Positions 15,475-26,041 of a DNA stretch of 33,415 nt are shown in pieces. The DNA comes from a virus (Duplodnaviria > Caudoviricetes). Made by a program: the position numbers and the translations under genes. The first letter of the stretch is position 1, and each line of letters opens with the position of its first letter. The stretch is from positions 1 through 33,415 of the IMG/VR virus record IMGVR_UViG_3300005805_000266; one strand, written 5' to 3'. The notes beneath the pieces are model-generated. The model was not told the DNA's origin, did no database searches, and worked only from the letters and a program-made list of their open reading frames with translations.

Positions 15475-15959
15475 ATTTAATCTTATCTGACAATGTAATT
15501 CAATTCCCTGATGAGTATGTAATGGACATATTTGACAACGAGTTTGTTGACATCTATGACGGGGAGAATATATTTAAAAACATACAGCCGAGGGACCATG
15601 ATGATGAATTTGCTTTGCAAGTAATAGATTTATTACCTGAATATGAGGTGGTTTGGAACTTTGTCAGGAAGTCTCCAAAAGGGCAAGAAGAGCCTAATTT
15701 TATTCATACTGATGAGATGATGGGAGATATGACAGCTATCTTGTATTTAAGCAAGAACGCCCCTGCTGAGGATGGGACTACTATATATGATGAAGACAAG
15801 CCATTTATATTGTATTCTAAATACAACAGGATGATTGCATTTAACTCGGCACTTCCTCATTCAAGAAATATATATGAGAACTTTGGGCAAGGAGAGGAGT
15901 CAAGACTTATTCAAGTTATCTTTTTAAGAAAAAAAAATGAGCAAAGAAATAAAGCTTAG
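15471..15959 (+). CDS. 2OG-Fe(II) oxygenase superfamily protein
   Basis: IHTD (HxD), TAILYL, GTTIY, YNRMIAF...PHSR (distal His) and a late Arg (SRLIQV). Confidence 0.8.
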   Translation: MNLILSDNVIQFPDEYVMDIFDNEFVDIYDGENIFKNIQPRDHDDEFALQVIDLLPEYEVVWNFVRKSPKGQEEPNFIHTDEMMGDMTAILYLSKNAPAEDGTTIYDEDKPFILYSKYNRMIAFNSALPHSRNIYENFGQGEESRLIQVIFLRKKNEQRNKA

Positions 15960-16215
15960 GATAATAGAAGCAGGCAAACAGGCTGTAGAGCAACTAATCA
16001 AGGTTGCCAAGGAGGATATTATTAAGCCTGACCCTGACGATGAACTTGCTGCAGATAGGCTTAAGAACGCTGCAGCTACCAAGAAACTCGCCATATTTGA
16101 CGCATTTGAGATACTTAATAGGATTGAATCCGAAAGGGAGAGTCTTGAGATGTTAGAGAATGGCATTAAACGAACAGATACAAAACAAGGATTTGCTGAA
16201 CGAAGGTCAAAATAG
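15937..16215 (+). CDS. Putative terminase small subunit
   Basis: 92-aa helical protein immediately upstream of, and overlapping, the large terminase; assignment by position. Confidence 0.55.
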   Translation: MSKEIKLRIIEAGKQAVEQLIKVAKEDIIKPDPDDELAADRLKNAAATKKLAIFDAFEILNRIESERESLEMLENGIKRTDTKQGFAERRSK

Positions 16216-18439
16216 TATTTATTCGATAGCCAAGGACTATGTTCCAAAGAGTGCTATAACCAATAAGAATGGTGTTCGCTCTTGGAAGTATGGCTATAAT
16301 GAGCAATATGACATGGTCATCATATCTAAGACCGGTCAGATAGGGGACATCATTAATATATCAGGATTACATATAGCACTACCTGCTGTGCCCAAGGAGT
16401 GTTTTAGAAGAAGTGAAACTTCTTCTGAACAATATTGGGAAAGACAGGAACTATCTAAATCATTAGAAAAGATTCAGTCTATATTCCAATGGAATGATAC
16501 ACCATCTGAGTTTAAAGACAAATGGGTTGATTATATTGAGCAACAGTTTGACTACAGGGAACAAGGTTTTTGGTTTATGAACAATGGTAGACCTACTTAC
16601 ATAACGGGGTCACATTGGATGTATCTTCAATGGTCAAGTATTGACATTGGATACCCTGACTACAGGGAAGCCAATAGGATATTCTTTATCTTTTGGGAGG
16701 CTTGCAAGGCTGACCCAAGATGCTTTGGGATGATATACCTGAAGATAAGGCGTTCAGGGTTTTCATTTATGTCATCCTCAGAGTGCGTAAACATAGGCAC
16801 ACTTGCAAAGGATGCAAGGGTTGGGATACTGTCTAAGACGGGTGCCGATGCTAAGAAGATGTTTACGGACAAGGTTGTGCCTATCAATAGTAGACTGCCA
16901 TTCTTCTTTAAGCCTGTTATGGATGGTATGGACAAGCCAAAGACAGAGCTTGCTTATCGGGTTCCCGCCTCAAAGATTACAAAAAAGAATATGTATGATA
17001 TTGATAATGAGGAGGTTAAAGGTCTTGATACTACAATAGATTGGAAGAACACAGAAGAAAACTCATACGATGGAGAGAAGCTATTGTTCTTAGCTCATGA
17101 TGAAAGTGCAAAGTGGGTAAAGCCAAACAACATTTTAAATAATTGGCGTGTAACCAAGACCTGTCTAAGGGTTGGTAGCAAAATTATAGGCAAGTGTATG
17201 ATGGGTTCTACATCCAACGCATTAAGTAAGGGTGGAGACAACTACAAGAAGCTATATGAGGACTCACGTCTCGATTCACGAAATGCGAATGGGCAAACCA
17301 AGAGTGGCTTATATGCCTTGTTTATTCCAATGGAGTGGAACATGGAAGGGTTTATTGACATACATGGAATGCCTGTATTCAGAAAGCCGCAGCAACCTGT
17401 AAGAGGCGTAGATGGAGCCATGATAACAAATGGTGCTATAGACTATTGGGAGGCTGAGGTTGAGTCACTGAAGAGTGATTCTGATGCTTTGAACGAGTAT
17501 TATAGGCAGTTTCCTCGTACCGAAAGCCATGCCTTTAGAGACGAGAGCAAGGCTTCACTATTTAACCTGACTAAGATTTATCAGCAGATTGACTATAACG
17601 ACTCTTTAATTAAAGGTCAGCACGTGACAAGAGGAGCTTTTCATTGGAAAGACGGAGAGAAAGACTCTAAGGTTGTTTGGACTCCTGATAATAGAGGCAG
17701 GTTCCTTCTTAGTTGGATACCAAAAGCAAGTATTCAAAATAATGTCATTACCCGAAATGGAATGAAGTACCCCGGAAATGAACACCTTGGTACTTTTGGT
17801 TGTGACTCTTATGATATATCTGCGGTTGTTGGGGGCAGGGGGTCTAATGGGTCGCTTCATGGTATGACCAAGTATCACATGGATGAAGCTCCTGTAAATG
17901 AGTTCTTTTTGGAATACGTAGCCCGACCTCAGACTGCTGAGATATTTTTTGAAGAAGTGCTTATGGCTTGCGTGTTTTACGGTATGCCTGTTCTTGTAGA
18001 GAATAATAAGCCGAGGCTGTTGTATCATTTTAAAAACAGAGGATATAGGGCATTTTGTATGAATAGACCCGACAAGCAGTATGCTAAGCTAACCAAGACA
18101 GAGCGTGAGCTTGGGGGTATACCAAATACCTCAGAAGATGTTAAGCAAGCACATGCATCAGCGATTGAGTCGTATATCGAGAAGTACATAGGTATGGATT
18201 TAGCAGGAACATATAGAGACCCTGATGAAATGGGTACAATGCCATTCACAAGAACCCTTGAAGATTGGGCAAAATTTGACATAAACGATAGAACAAAGTT
18301 TGATGCTTCAATTAGTTCAGGCTTAGCGATTATGGCAAATCAAAAACATGTATATTTACCTGAGAAAAAAGAATCAAAAATTAGTGTTAATTTCGCAAGG
18401 TACACTAATAGTGGAACAACAAGTCAACTTATTAGATGA
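16160..18439 (+). CDS. terL: Terminase large subunit
   Basis: KIRRSGFS Walker A variant, LAHDESAKW Walker B, MMGST motif III, GCDSYD nuclease aspartate, VENN and KFD motifs; exact start uncertain. Confidence 0.92.
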   Translation: MALNEQIQNKDLLNEGQNSIYSIAKDYVPKSAITNKNGVRSWKYGYNEQYDMVIISKTGQIGDIINISGLHIALPAVPKECFRRSETSSEQYWERQELSKSLEKIQSIFQWNDTPSEFKDKWVDYIEQQFDYREQGFWFMNNGRPTYITGSHWMYLQWSSIDIGYPDYREANRIFFIFWEACKADPRCFGMIYLKIRRSGFSFMSSSECVNIGTLAKDARVGILSKTGADAKKMFTDKVVPINSRLPFFFKPVMDGMDKPKTELAYRVPASKITKKNMYDIDNEEVKGLDTTIDWKNTEENSYDGEKLLFLAHDESAKWVKPNNILNNWRVTKTCLRVGSKIIGKCMMGSTSNALSKGGDNYKKLYEDSRLDSRNANGQTKSGLYALFIPMEWNMEGFIDIHGMPVFRKPQQPVRGVDGAMITNGAIDYWEAEVESLKSDSDALNEYYRQFPRTESHAFRDESKASLFNLTKIYQQIDYNDSLIKGQHVTRGAFHWKDGEKDSKVVWTPDNRGRFLLSWIPKASIQNNVITRNGMKYPGNEHLGTFGCDSYDISAVVGGRGSNGSLHGMTKYHMDEAPVNEFFLEYVARPQTAEIFFEEVLMACVFYGMPVLVENNKPRLLYHFKNRGYRAFCMNRPDKQYAKLTKTERELGGIPNTSEDVKQAHASAIESYIEKYIGMDLAGTYRDPDEMGTMPFTRTLEDWAKFDINDRTKFDASISSGLAIMANQKHVYLPEKKESKISVNFARYTNSGTTSQLIR

Positions 18440-20871
18440 AAGATGTAGTAGTTAATATATCAGCCACAGGCTTTCCCGGTCAATTTGTATCTGATGCAGA
18501 GAAAGCCTCTGATGCATTTGGACTTCAAGTAGGGCAGGCTATTCAATATGAATGGTTCCGAAAAGACGGTAATCAATGTAGATATTATAATCAATGGAGA
18601 GATTTTAATAGACTACGTTTATATGCAAGAGGAGAGCAGTCTGTACAGAAATACAAGAATGAACTTGCTATAGATGGAGATTTATCTTATCTAAATTTAG
18701 ATTGGACTCCTGTTCCTATACTTCCAAAATTTGTAGACATCGTTGTTAATGGGATGTCTGACCGTTTATTTAAGGTTAAGGCTTATGCACAAGATGCAAT
18801 GTCTCAATCAAAGCGTAGTAAGTATCAAGACATGCTTGAGGGGCAGATGGCTGCAAAAGATGTGCTTACTACAATACAAAATGAAACAGGTGTTAATCCA
18901 TTTATGATGGACCCTGAAGAACTCCCTGAAACAGATGAGGAGCTTTCATTATACATGCAGCTTAACTATAAGCCTGCGATTGAGATAGCTGAGGAAGAAG
19001 CTATCAATACTATATTTGATGAGAACCATTTTCAAGATACAAGAAAACGAATTGACTATGACCTTACTGTAATAGGTATTGGAGTAGCTAAGCATGAGTT
19101 TCTTCCCGGTGCAGGCGTTCAGATTTCTTATGTAGACCCTGCTAATGTTGTATATAGTTACACCGAAGACCCATTCTTCCAAGATTGCTTTTATTGGGGA
19201 GAGATAAAGACTCTACCAATAACAGAATTAGTCAAGATAGACCCAACGCTTACAAGAGAGCAGTTGGAAGAAATATCAATGTACTCTCAGAGTTGGTATA
19301 ACTACTATAACGTTGCTCAGTTTTATGAGAATAGTTTGTTTTATAGAGACACATGCACATTGCTGTACTTCAACTATAAGACTACCAAGAAGATGGTGTA
19401 CAAGAAAAAGATTCTTGAGAATGGCGGTACACGTATAATTGAAAAGGATGAAACTTTTAACCCTCCTGTTGAAATGATGGAAGAGGGTAAGTTTGAAAAG
19501 ATAGAAAAGACAATAGATGTTTGGTACGATGGAGTTATGGTAATGGGCACTAACATAATCCTTAAGTGGGAGATGGCACAGAACATGGTTAGACCAAAGT
19601 CAACATCTCAGCATGCATTGCCAAACTACGTAGCCGTTGCACCAAGAATGTATAAAGGTGTTATTGAGTCATTGGTTAGAAGGATGGTTCCTTTTGCTGA
19701 CCTTATTCAGCTTACGCATTTAAAGCTACAGCAAGTCATTGCACGTACTGTACCTGATGGTGTATTCATTGATGCTGATGGTCTTAATGAGGTTGACTTG
19801 GGTACAGGTAATGCATATAATCCTGAAGATGCATTGAGATTATATTTCCAAACAGGTAGTGTTATTGGTCGTAGTTATACTCAAGATGGTGAGTTTAATA
19901 ATGCAAGAGTGCCTATTCAGCAGCTTACTTCTAATTCAGGGGCAAGTAAAACTCAAATGCTTATAGCAAATTATAACCATTATATGGATATGATTAGGTC
20001 TGTAACAGGACTTAATGAAGCAAGAGATGGTTCAACGCCTGACCCTAATTCATTAGTTGGCATTCAAAAGCTTGCAGCATTAAATTCAAATACAGCTACT
20101 CGTCATATTCTTGAGGGTGGTCTTTATGTATACAGGTCTTTAGCTGAGGCTTTGACATACAGGGTTGCTGACATATTGGAGTATGCTGACTTTAAGGATG
20201 ACTTTGCAAATAAGATAGGTAAGTACAATGTATCTATCCTTGATGAAATTAAGGACCTTTACATTTACGACTTTGGCATATTTATTGAAATCTCTCCTGA
20301 TGAAGAACAGAAAGCTCAACTCGAAGCAAACATTCAGATGGCATTGTCTAAAGGCGATATTAACCTTGAGGATGCTATTGATATACGTGAGATTAAGAAT
20401 CTTAAGCTCGCAAACCAACTTCTTAAAATGAAGCGTATTAAGAAGCAGGATAGAGAGGAGAAGATGGAGATGCAGAAGCAGGCAATGATAGCACAACAAC
20501 AATTGAAATCTCAGGAGTTGGCGGGTCAGGTTGCTATGCAAAAGCTACAGGCTGAGGCACAATCTAAGATGCAATTAAAGCAAGCAGAGGTTGCTTTTGA
20601 TATTGAGAAGATGAAGAATGAAGCCATGCTAAAGAGAATGCTTATGGCTGATGAGTTCCAATACCAAATGCAAGTAGCAGGTATCAAGGAAAATTCTATT
20701 CAGTCAAGAGAGGATATGAAAGAGAAGGCAAAAGCAAAACGAATTAGTCAACAAAATACAGAACAGTCTAAACTTATAAACCAAAGAAAAAATAATCTAC
20801 CTCCATTGAACTTTGAATCAAATGAAGATAGTTTAGATGGGTTTGATTTAGCTGAATTTGAGCCACGATAA
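18436..20871 (+). CDS. Portal protein (crAss-like, ~800 aa)
   Basis: Follows the terminase; PILPKFVDIVVNG, TGLNEARDG and a Gln/Met-rich coiled-coil C-terminus. Confidence 0.88.
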   Translation: MKDVVVNISATGFPGQFVSDAEKASDAFGLQVGQAIQYEWFRKDGNQCRYYNQWRDFNRLRLYARGEQSVQKYKNELAIDGDLSYLNLDWTPVPILPKFVDIVVNGMSDRLFKVKAYAQDAMSQSKRSKYQDMLEGQMAAKDVLTTIQNETGVNPFMMDPEELPETDEELSLYMQLNYKPAIEIAEEEAINTIFDENHFQDTRKRIDYDLTVIGIGVAKHEFLPGAGVQISYVDPANVVYSYTEDPFFQDCFYWGEIKTLPITELVKIDPTLTREQLEEISMYSQSWYNYYNVAQFYENSLFYRDTCTLLYFNYKTTKKMVYKKKILENGGTRIIEKDETFNPPVEMMEEGKFEKIEKTIDVWYDGVMVMGTNIILKWEMAQNMVRPKSTSQHALPNYVAVAPRMYKGVIESLVRRMVPFADLIQLTHLKLQQVIARTVPDGVFIDADGLNEVDLGTGNAYNPEDALRLYFQTGSVIGRSYTQDGEFNNARVPIQQLTSNSGASKTQMLIANYNHYMDMIRSVTGLNEARDGSTPDPNSLVGIQKLAALNSNTATRHILEGGLYVYRSLAEALTYRVADILEYADFKDDFANKIGKYNVSILDEIKDLYIYDFGIFIEISPDEEQKAQLEANIQMALSKGDINLEDAIDIREIKNLKLANQLLKMKRIKKQDREEKMEMQKQAMIAQQQLKSQELAGQVAMQKLQAEAQSKMQLKQAEVAFDIEKMKNEAMLKRMLMADEFQYQMQVAGIKENSIQSREDMKEKAKAKRISQQNTEQSKLINQRKNNLPPLNFESNEDSLDGFDLAEFEPR

Positions 20872-20890
20872 AATATATGTATATTTTGTA

Positions 20891-20898
20891 TAATTTTG
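20891..20898 (+). promoter_or_regulatory. TAnnTTTG -7 element for the scaffold-capsid operon
   Basis: TAATTTTG(TA), 21 nt before ATG 20920. Confidence 0.65.
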
Positions 20899-20919
20899 TA
20901 ACAAATTAAATTCAATCTA

Positions 20920-22008
20920 ATGGAAATTAAAGTAAGGGCAATTGAAACAATTGAACCAAAAAGTATTCAAGAGGTAGAAAAAGAACTACTTCAGAAACAT
21001 GAGGAAGAGATAAATGCTGTACAGGAAGATGTACAAGAACTTGTACAAGAACCTGTACAACAAGAACCCGTGGAAGAGGAGTTAAGTGAGGAGAAAGTTC
21101 TTTCATATATTGGTAAAAGATATAATAAGCAAATCAATTCATTTGATGAATTGGTGGCTGAGCGTGAGGAAAGCGAACCGCTTCCCGAAGACGTAGCTGC
21201 TTATATGAAGTATAAAAAGGAGACAGGACGTGGATTTGAAGACTTCATCAAGTTGAAGAAGGATTTTGATTCTATGGACCCTGACAATCTTCTTAAAGAA
21301 TATCTTGCTATAACCCAAGAGGGGCTTGATGCAGAAGACATTGAGTCTATGATGGATGACTACAGATACGATGAAGACATCGATGATGAGTCAAAAATCA
21401 AGAAGGTTAAGATAGCAAGGAAAAAGGCTATTGCTGAAGCTAAAAAGTTCTTTACTGAACAGAAAGAGAAATACAAACTGCCGCTTGAGTCAAGTGGATT
21501 AGGAGTTTCTCAAGAAGAGAAAGTAGAGTTTGAGGCTTATAAGCAATACATTCAGCAGGCAAAGACCATACAGGAAGAGAATGAGCGGAAACGTAAATGG
21601 TTTGACCAAAAATCAGATGAGGTCTTTAGTAAAGACTTTAAAGGTTTTGAGTTCAACGTTAATGACAAGAAGATTACATTTTCTCCCGGTGACCAAGCAG
21701 AACTTAGGAAGGCACAATCAAATCCAATGAACTTTATAGGGAAGTTTTTGGATGATAGCGGTCTACTAAAAGATGCTACAGGATACCATAAGTCTCTGTC
21801 AGTAGCAATGAATCCCGAGAAGTTTGCTAAGTTCTTTTATGAACAAGGATTAGCAGACGCAACAGAGGATGTAATGCGTAAGACAAAAAATATAAATATG
21901 TCAGAGCGTAGGGCACCCGAAGCTGTAAGTAAAGGAGGAATGCAAGTAAAAGCGGTGAATCAAGACTCAGGAAGAGGATTGAAAATCCGGAGTATTAAAA
22001 AAGTTTAA
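20920..22008 (+). CDS. Putative capsid scaffolding protein
   Basis: Highly acidic helical 362-aa protein between portal and capsid genes. Confidence 0.7.
   Translation: MEIKVRAIETIEPKSIQEVEKELLQKHEEEINAVQEDVQELVQEPVQQEPVEEELSEEKVLSYIGKRYNKQINSFDELVAEREESEPLPEDVAAYMKYKKETGRGFEDFIKLKKDFDSMDPDNLLKEYLAITQEGLDAEDIESMMDDYRYDEDIDDESKIKKVKIARKKAIAEAKKFFTEQKEKYKLPLESSGLGVSQEEKVEFEAYKQYIQQAKTIQEENERKRKWFDQKSDEVFSKDFKGFEFNVNDKKITFSPGDQAELRKAQSNPMNFIGKFLDDSGLLKDATGYHKSLSVAMNPEKFAKFFYEQGLADATEDVMRKTKNINMSERRAPEAVSKGGMQVKAVNQDSGRGLKIRSIKKV
21019..21069 (+). repeat. 12-nt in-frame tandem repeat (VQED/VQEL/VQEP/VQQEP)
   Basis: gtacaggaagat gtacaagaactt gtacaagaacct gtacaacaagaaccc. Confidence 0.75.
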
Positions 22009-22027
22009 CAATTAAAAATTAAAAAAA

Positions 22028-23449
22028 ATGGCAGTTTTACCAAGTCCCGGGTATCAGCTCCAACCAAGTGCGGAGCAGGTCCCATTGTCCACTAACTATA
22101 TTACCAACTTTAACTTCTTGAATCAGTATCTTCCTGATACTTATGAGAAGGAGTTCGAGCGTTATGGTAATCGTACTGTAGCATCTTTCCTTCGTTTGGT
22201 AGGTGCAGAAATGCCTTCTAACTCAGACATGATTAAATGGGCTGAGCAAGGTCGTTTGCACACTAAATACGTAGATTGTGCTTCTTCAGGTGTAGCAGGA
22301 GATGATGATGCTACTATCACTGTATCTGATGCAGGTGTAACAGCTATTGCAATCCGTGCAGGTCAGACAGTTTACATCTCTGATAACGCTACAGGTGTTT
22401 CAAATAAAGGTATCGTAACAGCAGTTAATACTACAACAAATACTTTTGATGTAGCTTACTACGAAGCAGGTGGTCAAACATTTGCTAATACAGATACTTT
22501 GTCTGTTTGGATTTATGGTTCTGAGTTTAAGAAAGGAACAGTTGGAATGATTGGTTCTTTGGAAGCTCAAGATGAAATCTTCGATAACTCTCCAATCATT
22601 ATCAAGGACAAATACGCTGTAAGCGGTTCTGATATGGCTCAAATTGGATGGGTAGAAGTAACTACAGAAAACGGTGCTACAGGATACCTTTGGTATCTTA
22701 AGAGTGAGCATGAGACTCGTCTTCGTTTCGAGGATTACCTTGAGACTGCAATGATTGAGGCTGTTCCTGCTGAAACAGGTTCAGGTGTTGCTAACTCTGC
22801 ACTTAACCCAATCTACGGTAACAAAGGTTCAGAAGGTATCTTCTACGTTGTTAACGACCGTGGTAACGTTTGGGGTGGTGGTAACCCAACCAATTTGGTT
22901 GATTTCGATGCTATCATCTCTCGTCTTGATAAGCAAGGTGCTATTGAAGAGAACGTAATCTTCGTAAATCGTTCATTTAGCTTTGATATTGACGATATGC
23001 TTGCTGCTCAAAACAGCTACGGAGCAAATGGTACATCTTATGGTCTTTTCCAAAATGACAAAGACATGGCTCTTAATCTCGGTTTCACAGGATTCCGTAG
23101 AGGTTATGACTTCTATAAGTCTGATTGGAAATACCTGAATGACCCAACTATGCGTGGTGGTCTTCCAACAGGTGCATCTGCTTCAGGTACTGTTACAGGT
23201 CTTTTGGTTCCTGCCGGTTCAACTACCGTGTACGACCAAATCCTTGGCAAGAATGCTAAGCGTCCTTTCCTCCATGTTCGTTACCGTGCTTCTGAAACTG
23301 AAGACAGAAGGTATAAGACTTGGATTACAGGTTCTGCAGGTGGTGCTCAAACAAGCGACCTCGATGCAATGGAAGTCAACTTCCTTTCTGAGCGTTGCGT
23401 GTGTACCCTTGGTGCTAACAACTTCGTGTTGTTCCGCTACGGTTCCTAA
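22028..23449 (+). CDS. Major capsid protein
   Basis: 473 aa, strongly biased codon usage (cgt, ttc, aac), located after the scaffold and followed by a strong terminator. Confidence 0.88.
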   Translation: MAVLPSPGYQLQPSAEQVPLSTNYITNFNFLNQYLPDTYEKEFERYGNRTVASFLRLVGAEMPSNSDMIKWAEQGRLHTKYVDCASSGVAGDDDATITVSDAGVTAIAIRAGQTVYISDNATGVSNKGIVTAVNTTTNTFDVAYYEAGGQTFANTDTLSVWIYGSEFKKGTVGMIGSLEAQDEIFDNSPIIIKDKYAVSGSDMAQIGWVEVTTENGATGYLWYLKSEHETRLRFEDYLETAMIEAVPAETGSGVANSALNPIYGNKGSEGIFYVVNDRGNVWGGGNPTNLVDFDAIISRLDKQGAIEENVIFVNRSFSFDIDDMLAAQNSYGANGTSYGLFQNDKDMALNLGFTGFRRGYDFYKSDWKYLNDPTMRGGLPTGASASGTVTGLLVPAGSTTVYDQILGKNAKRPFLHVRYRASETEDRRYKTWITGSAGGAQTSDLDAMEVNFLSERCVCTLGANNFVLFRYGS

Positions 23450-23456
23450 ATATAAA

Positions 23457-23492
23457 AAGGGGAGTGTCTTTAATGACACTCTCCTTATTTTT
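23457..23492 (+). terminator. Intrinsic terminator after the capsid gene
   Basis: aaggggagtgtc-tttaat-gacactctcctt 12-bp stem (one G-U) followed by attttt. Confidence 0.85.
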
Positions 23493-23513
23493 AATTAAAT
23501 TAAATTATATTAA

Positions 23514-24260
23514 ATGAAAAAGAATGTAATGTCTTCGGACAAGATTTATAAGCTAAAGGGTGATGCAGCTCCCCTTTCATATACGCTTCCATCAAGAAAT
23601 AATAAAAGATACCCTCTTCTTTGGTTTGATGAGGACAATAATGTTAATAGACCTCTTAGGTATGCCATAAACCAAAAGTCGCCATTTGAGGATGAGCAGG
23701 ACGGAAATGCTATCGTAGAGCCTATTATATTTGAAAATGGATTTCTTAGGGTTCCTAAAAACAACCCTGTACTTCAACAATTTCTTTACTATCATCCTTT
23801 AAATGGAAGGGCGTTTATTGAGGTAGACTATGAAAAAGATGCAAGTAAAGAGGTTGATAATCTTTCTGCTGAAGTAGATGCTTTAGTAGAAGCCCGTCAA
23901 CTTAGTTTAGAGCAGCTTGAAACAGTATCAAGGGTTTTATTTGGTAAAGACCCATCAAGGTATACTACTGCTGAACTGAAAAGAGATGTTCTAATCTATG
24001 CTAAAAAAGACCCTAAAGGGTTTATGAACATGATTAATGACCCAATGCTTAAGCTGCAGTCAAATGTTCATGTGTTCTTTGAGAATAAGCTTTTGACGTT
24101 TAGGAATGGGCGTAAAGAAGTATGGTTTAATACCAACTCGAACAAAAAGAAAATGCTTACGGTACCATACGGGGAAGACCCATATTTTAGCGTATCCAAT
24201 TTTCTAAAAACTGACGAAGGAATTGACGCTTTGAAAATGCTTGAAAATAGCTTATCTTAG
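23514..24260 (+). CDS. Conserved capsid-module protein (248 aa)
   Basis: Full ORF with an AT-rich leader directly downstream of the capsid gene; function not recognised. Confidence 0.8.
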   Translation: MKKNVMSSDKIYKLKGDAAPLSYTLPSRNNKRYPLLWFDEDNNVNRPLRYAINQKSPFEDEQDGNAIVEPIIFENGFLRVPKNNPVLQQFLYYHPLNGRAFIEVDYEKDASKEVDNLSAEVDALVEARQLSLEQLETVSRVLFGKDPSRYTTAELKRDVLIYAKKDPKGFMNMINDPMLKLQSNVHVFFENKLLTFRNGRKEVWFNTNSNKKKMLTVPYGEDPYFSVSNFLKTDEGIDALKMLENSLS

Positions 24261-24302
24261 CTTCGCAGAATATACTCATGTTTTGGTTAAAGTTTGATGA
24301 AC

Positions 24303-24332
24303 GGGGGGTACTTCTGTACCCTCCTTTTTTTT
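24303..24332 (+). terminator. Intrinsic terminator
   Basis: ggggggtac-ttct-gtaccctcc 9-bp stem followed by T8. Confidence 0.88.
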
Positions 24333-24335
24333 ATT

Positions 24336-24343
24336 TATCTTTG
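24336..24343 (+). promoter_or_regulatory. TAnnTTTG -7 element for the tail operon
   Basis: TATCTTTG(TA) directly after the terminator, 14 nt before ATG 24358. Confidence 0.7.
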
Positions 24344-24357
24344 TAAAAAGAACACAG

Positions 24358-25110
24358 ATGATTAACTCAGTTAGGAATACCGTATTATCTGTTTTGAACA
24401 AGAACAACTATGGATATATTTCTCCATCGGATTTTAACTTGTATGCAAAGCAAGCACAGATGGAGGTTTTTGAAGAATACTTTTCCCAATATAATAAGAT
24501 TATAAATATGGAAAATGCCCGCATGTCGGGTACTTCCTATGCAGATTTAAGTAAGGTTCTTGCAGAAGCAATAGAGATATTCTCAATTACATCTTCACTA
24601 TCTCAAGTTTCTCCCGGTACAAATAGATACTATCTTCCTTCTGTACCTACAACGGGATACGACTACTATATGATTAATAAAGTCTTGTGCTATGATGCAT
24701 CAGGTCTAACAAGAGTATTTAAGGGTGAAGCTGAAAAGGTTAATCACAGTAAGATAACCATGTTGAATAATTCATTACTGACTGCTCCAACAGAAACTTA
24801 TCCTGCGTATATTCAAGAAGGTAGCATAATGACGGTTTATCCATCTACAATTAATTTGCAAAATGAAGTTGATGCTCAATACTTTAGGTATCCAAAAGAC
24901 CCTAAATGGACATACATAACTCTTTTTAATGGCGAGCCATCTTTTGACCAATCTCAACTTGACTATCAAGACTTTGAGGTTCCTATTGAAGATGAATATA
25001 AGTTAGTAATAAAGATATTACAATACGCAGGAGTTTCGATTCGTGAGGGAGAAGTTGTTCAGTTTGGTCTTGGTCAGGAGCAACAACAGCAACAACCAAA
25101 TTTTAAATAA
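24358..25110 (+). CDS. Head-tail adaptor / ring protein
   Basis: LNKNNYGYISP.DFN..A..AQ N-terminus, Y.RYP.DPKW and a C-terminal helix, as in crAss-like ring proteins. Confidence 0.65.
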   Translation: MINSVRNTVLSVLNKNNYGYISPSDFNLYAKQAQMEVFEEYFSQYNKIINMENARMSGTSYADLSKVLAEAIEIFSITSSLSQVSPGTNRYYLPSVPTTGYDYYMINKVLCYDASGLTRVFKGEAEKVNHSKITMLNNSLLTAPTETYPAYIQEGSIMTVYPSTINLQNEVDAQYFRYPKDPKWTYITLFNGEPSFDQSQLDYQDFEVPIEDEYKLVIKILQYAGVSIREGEVVQFGLGQEQQQQQPNFK

Positions 25111-25116
25111 TAGACA

Positions 25117-26040
25117 ATGGCATATATTTCCCAATATCAATACTATGAGAATGGCGGTGTGAATCCCGAAGATAAGAATTGGGGTTCGTATCAATACGTG
25201 AGTCTTTACGATATAGTAAATAACTTTTTGCTAATGTACTCAGGAAACCATTCTTTGGTTAACAATGAGGAGCGTTACAAAATCCTATTTCATGCAAAGC
25301 GTGCTATTCAAGAACTTAACTATGATGCATTTAAAGAAATTAAAGTATTACAGCTTACGGTTGATGATGGACTTAGGTACATACTGCCTTCTGATTATGT
25401 GAATTGGGTTAGGGTAAACCTATATAAGGATGGGTATTTAAGACCACTTACTGAAAACATTCAGATATTATCATCATCTGCTTATCTTCAAGACCAACAA
25501 GGCAAGATACTTTTTGACCAAAACGGCAATGTACTTCAACCTCAAAATTCTGAGATAGATTATCAAAGACTTCAGGGTACTAAAAAAACAATATACCTAA
25601 ATCCTAATAGCCCTTACGATGGTCAGTTCGGTTGGGAAGTTGGTGGTGTTTGGTATTTCGATTATAGTCTCGGAGAAAGATATGGGCTTAATACTGAAAC
25701 AGCTAATTTCAACCCAACATTTAATATTGACAAGAAGGCGGGTGTTATTAACTTTAATTCAGATATGTATAATCAATCAGTTATTCTTGAGTACATTTCT
25801 GATGGTATGGAAAATGGAGATGATTCTCTTGTATCTGTAAATAAGTTATTTGAGAAGTATATATACGCTTATATTCAATATGAGATACTAAATGCAAAGC
25901 TTGGTGTTCAGGAGTATGTAGTGAATAGAGCGAGAAAAGAAAAGACATCATTATTAAGAAACGCTAAGATTAGAATGAGTAACATACATCCGGGCAGACT
26001 ACTTATGAATCTGCGTGGTATGGATAAGTGGTTAAAATAA
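25117..26040 (+). CDS. Tail tubular / ring protein
   Basis: LPSDYVNWV, LEYISDG and a helical C-terminus; located before the muzzle gene. Confidence 0.65.
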   Translation: MAYISQYQYYENGGVNPEDKNWGSYQYVSLYDIVNNFLLMYSGNHSLVNNEERYKILFHAKRAIQELNYDAFKEIKVLQLTVDDGLRYILPSDYVNWVRVNLYKDGYLRPLTENIQILSSSAYLQDQQGKILFDQNGNVLQPQNSEIDYQRLQGTKKTIYLNPNSPYDGQFGWEVGGVWYFDYSLGERYGLNTETANFNPTFNIDKKAGVINFNSDMYNQSVILEYISDGMENGDDSLVSVNKLFEKYIYAYIQYEILNAKLGVQEYVVNRARKEKTSLLRNAKIRMSNIHPGRLLMNLRGMDKWLK

Positions 26041-26041
26041 T

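Noticed and set aside
16160-23449. Introns or inteins in terminase, portal or capsid genes
   Set aside because: ORFs are continuous and of expected size, with no splice motifs or homing endonuclease.
24261-24302. Possible small RNA or tRNA in the intergenic gap
   Set aside because: Too short and no cloverleaf; explained as a 3' UTR before the terminator. No tRNA recognised anywhere in the window.
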